Of a DNA stretch of 64,000 nt, positions 49,361-64,000 are shown one piece after another. Made by a program: the position numbers and the translations under genes. Each line of letters starts with the position of its first letter. Position 1 is the first letter of the stretch. The DNA comes from Anolis carolinensis (Eukaryota), in NCBI RefSeq assembly GCF_035594765.1, contig NW_026943821.1:14229608-14293607 (forward strand), read 5' to 3'. Under the pieces are notes generated by a model that saw nothing but the letters and a program-made list of their open reading frames with translations, searched no databases and was not told the DNA's origin.

Positions 49361-50142
49361 AGGGCTATGGGTATCATAAGGTGCCTGAGAAATTGCTTTT
49401 TGTATGGAAACCCGAATCCCTTCTTGGGTAGAAGAGGGGCCTTTCTCTTTAGGGGGTGACCTTTAGTGGGTCCTTTTAAGTCTCCTCCCTTCTGATTGAC
49501 TCAGTCAGCCTCCTCTACCTCCTGACAATGGCAGTCACATTATCCCTACACATCACAAGGCCCCCTGCATGCCCTTAAATCTTGGCCAGCCCTGGCTTCA
49601 TTGTAGAACGAGAGGAGGGTTGGAGAGGTGCAGGAGTGAGTAAGTAGTGAGAGATTGGAAATCAGTGAAAGGTGATGCTGGACATATGCATGATCTTAAA
49701 GGATGATGTTGTCATTTGCTTCTCAGACATCAGACATCATATGTGTACAGTAGATGCCACATGGCACATCAAGGAAGAGTGGGCAGAATGAAAAAGCTGG
49801 GTTTTGAGGAAGGAGAGATGGGAGACAAAGTGCAGATCTTCACGTCCCATCTTTTGATTCAGGATTTCAACAGTGGTTTCAATCTATGATAAATCACTGA
49901 TAAATGAGGAGACAGTACTAACCTTTTAGGCATTTCTACCATTCAAAATATATTGCAGCATTAATTTAATCTTTAGGCTTTTCTGCCATTCAAAATATAG
50001 TGCCTCCTTTTGTTTTTTTTTTACATCCTAGAGTAATTATTCTACAGCAATAAAACTCTCATTGGGCTTCTTATATTTACTCTAATGATGCCCAAAATCT
50101 TGGAGAAATAAGACTGTTTGCATACAGAACATCTGGCATTCT

Positions 50143-62710
<12,568 letters not shown>

Positions 62711-62841
62711 GCTATACACATGAGAGAAAGGAGGGAGAGAATTAGAGAGAGAGAATAAGAGAGAGAAACATTGTGATGCAACATTCAGAATATTTCCTTT
62801 TTAAAAAAAATATATTCAAGAAACACTTAAGGCATTTTTGA

Positions 62842-62843
<2 letters not shown>

Positions 62844-62888
<45 letters not shown>
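62844..62888. repeat. (AAT)n microsatellite
   Basis: Seen directly. Confidence 0.97.
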
Positions 62889-62889
<1 letters not shown>

Positions 62890-63158
62890 TTTATTTTTTG
62901 ATTGTTTTATCGGGCGGCTTACATGGGGCCTTGCCCGATAAAACAATCAAATATCAAAACACAGCAATAAAACAGTTATCCAATAAAAACATCAATTACA
63001 GTAAAAACAATCATGAAAATCAGCATAAAACATACAATATTAAAACTGGAGAACAATACCTTTGGTGTGAATTCAATGGACCATAGGCATCTGAGAATAT
63101 TATTCCTAAAAAATACAGAATCTCTTTCCTTGATCGCCTGTAAAAACTCTCTACTCAC

Positions 63159-63280
63159 CTCGGAATGTGTTTGCTAGCAAGTGTCGTGCACTCCCAGCCA
63201 CTGCTTCTGATCTTTGGTCTCTTGTTTTGTTATATTATATGAGCTTGCCAACTGATCAGTAAACTTTGACCAATGAAAAA
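63159..63280 (-). promoter_or_regulatory. Probable SULT2-like non-coding first exon and core promoter
   Basis: Donor GAG|GTGAGT at 63159/63158; TATAA-like run at about 63230-63240; DR1/HNF4-like TGGTCAAAGTTTA at 63272-63260 overlapping a CCAAT. Confidence 0.6.
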
Positions 63281-64000
63281 TGTAACAGCAAAGCAGCCCT
63301 CCGAATGAACAACAGTAAGAGCGAGGGAAAGGAGGAGGAGAAGGACAAATTCAGGTAGTATTTCATAACTGTACAATGTTCTTCAAATAGTATGGATGAC
63401 ATGTAGTGAATGCAGCTAATCTCAATAAAGCTCATGCTGACAGCCTTCCACACCCTTCTCTCCCATCTAACAGAACAGCATATATTTGATTTCCTCTATA
63501 CTTGTGGTCTGGAGTGGGTGTGTTTTATTTCTGTTGACTTTCTCTCTACAATCTGGCACCAGATTCAGTACACAGACACGACATACACACACAAGTTTGA
63601 GAAGGGAAAAGGGATATATACTTTCAGGCAGCAGTTGATAAAGATGCAAAGTTATGCAGATAAAATGGGATGTGTTCATGGAGAGAAAGAAGAAGTGGTG
63701 CTGATGTCTGAAATCATGTATCTTCATGGTTGGGTAAATCACTCTGCTCACACAGATGTCCAGACCTGCTCCATTTGGAAGGCACTCTCAATATGGATTA
63801 TGACACCACAGATGTTCAGAGGATAGGGGAAGGCACAACCAGGTTGGCCATATTTTGGGTATAATATGGCAGCCCAGAGGAAACAACAACTGTTGTCGTC
63901 CTGCAACTTTACTGACTTAGTACTATGACATTAAGTGTTGTAGTTAAGTCAGGTAGTAATGTTGCAAGCAGTAGTAGCAGTACCAGTAGGAGACAAAGGG

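Overview
Vertebrate genomic DNA, very probably a squamate such as Anolis (inferred from Sauria SINEs, Bov-B, Penelope, Vingi, R4/Dong and DIRS repeats). All host genes are on the minus strand and could be spliced by hand with GT-AG junctions and consistent phases: a signal-peptide first exon (9545-9611, probably VSIG10L by gene order), complete ETFB (6 coding exons, 257 aa), a divergent claudin/PMP22-family gene in the CLDND2 position (238 aa), NKG7 (171 aa) and a SULT2-family sulfotransferase (287 aa). Intron 1 of the SULT2 gene holds a full-length, apparently young DIRS1-type tyrosine-recombinase retrotransposon (55897-61888) with inverted terminal repeats, an internal complementary region and two frameshifts. 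The rest is dense with LINE, SINE and MITE fragments, plus one 178-N assembly gap. Most notable: a DIRS-supplied promoter and splice donor pointing into the SULT2 gene, a 177-bp Penelope palindrome centred on a minimal hammerhead ribozyme, a ~150-bp target-site duplication around a Bov-B copy, an orphan RHOU/RHOV-like exon, and a probable intron in the ETFB 3' UTR. I found no clearly new multi-gene system; these are leads.
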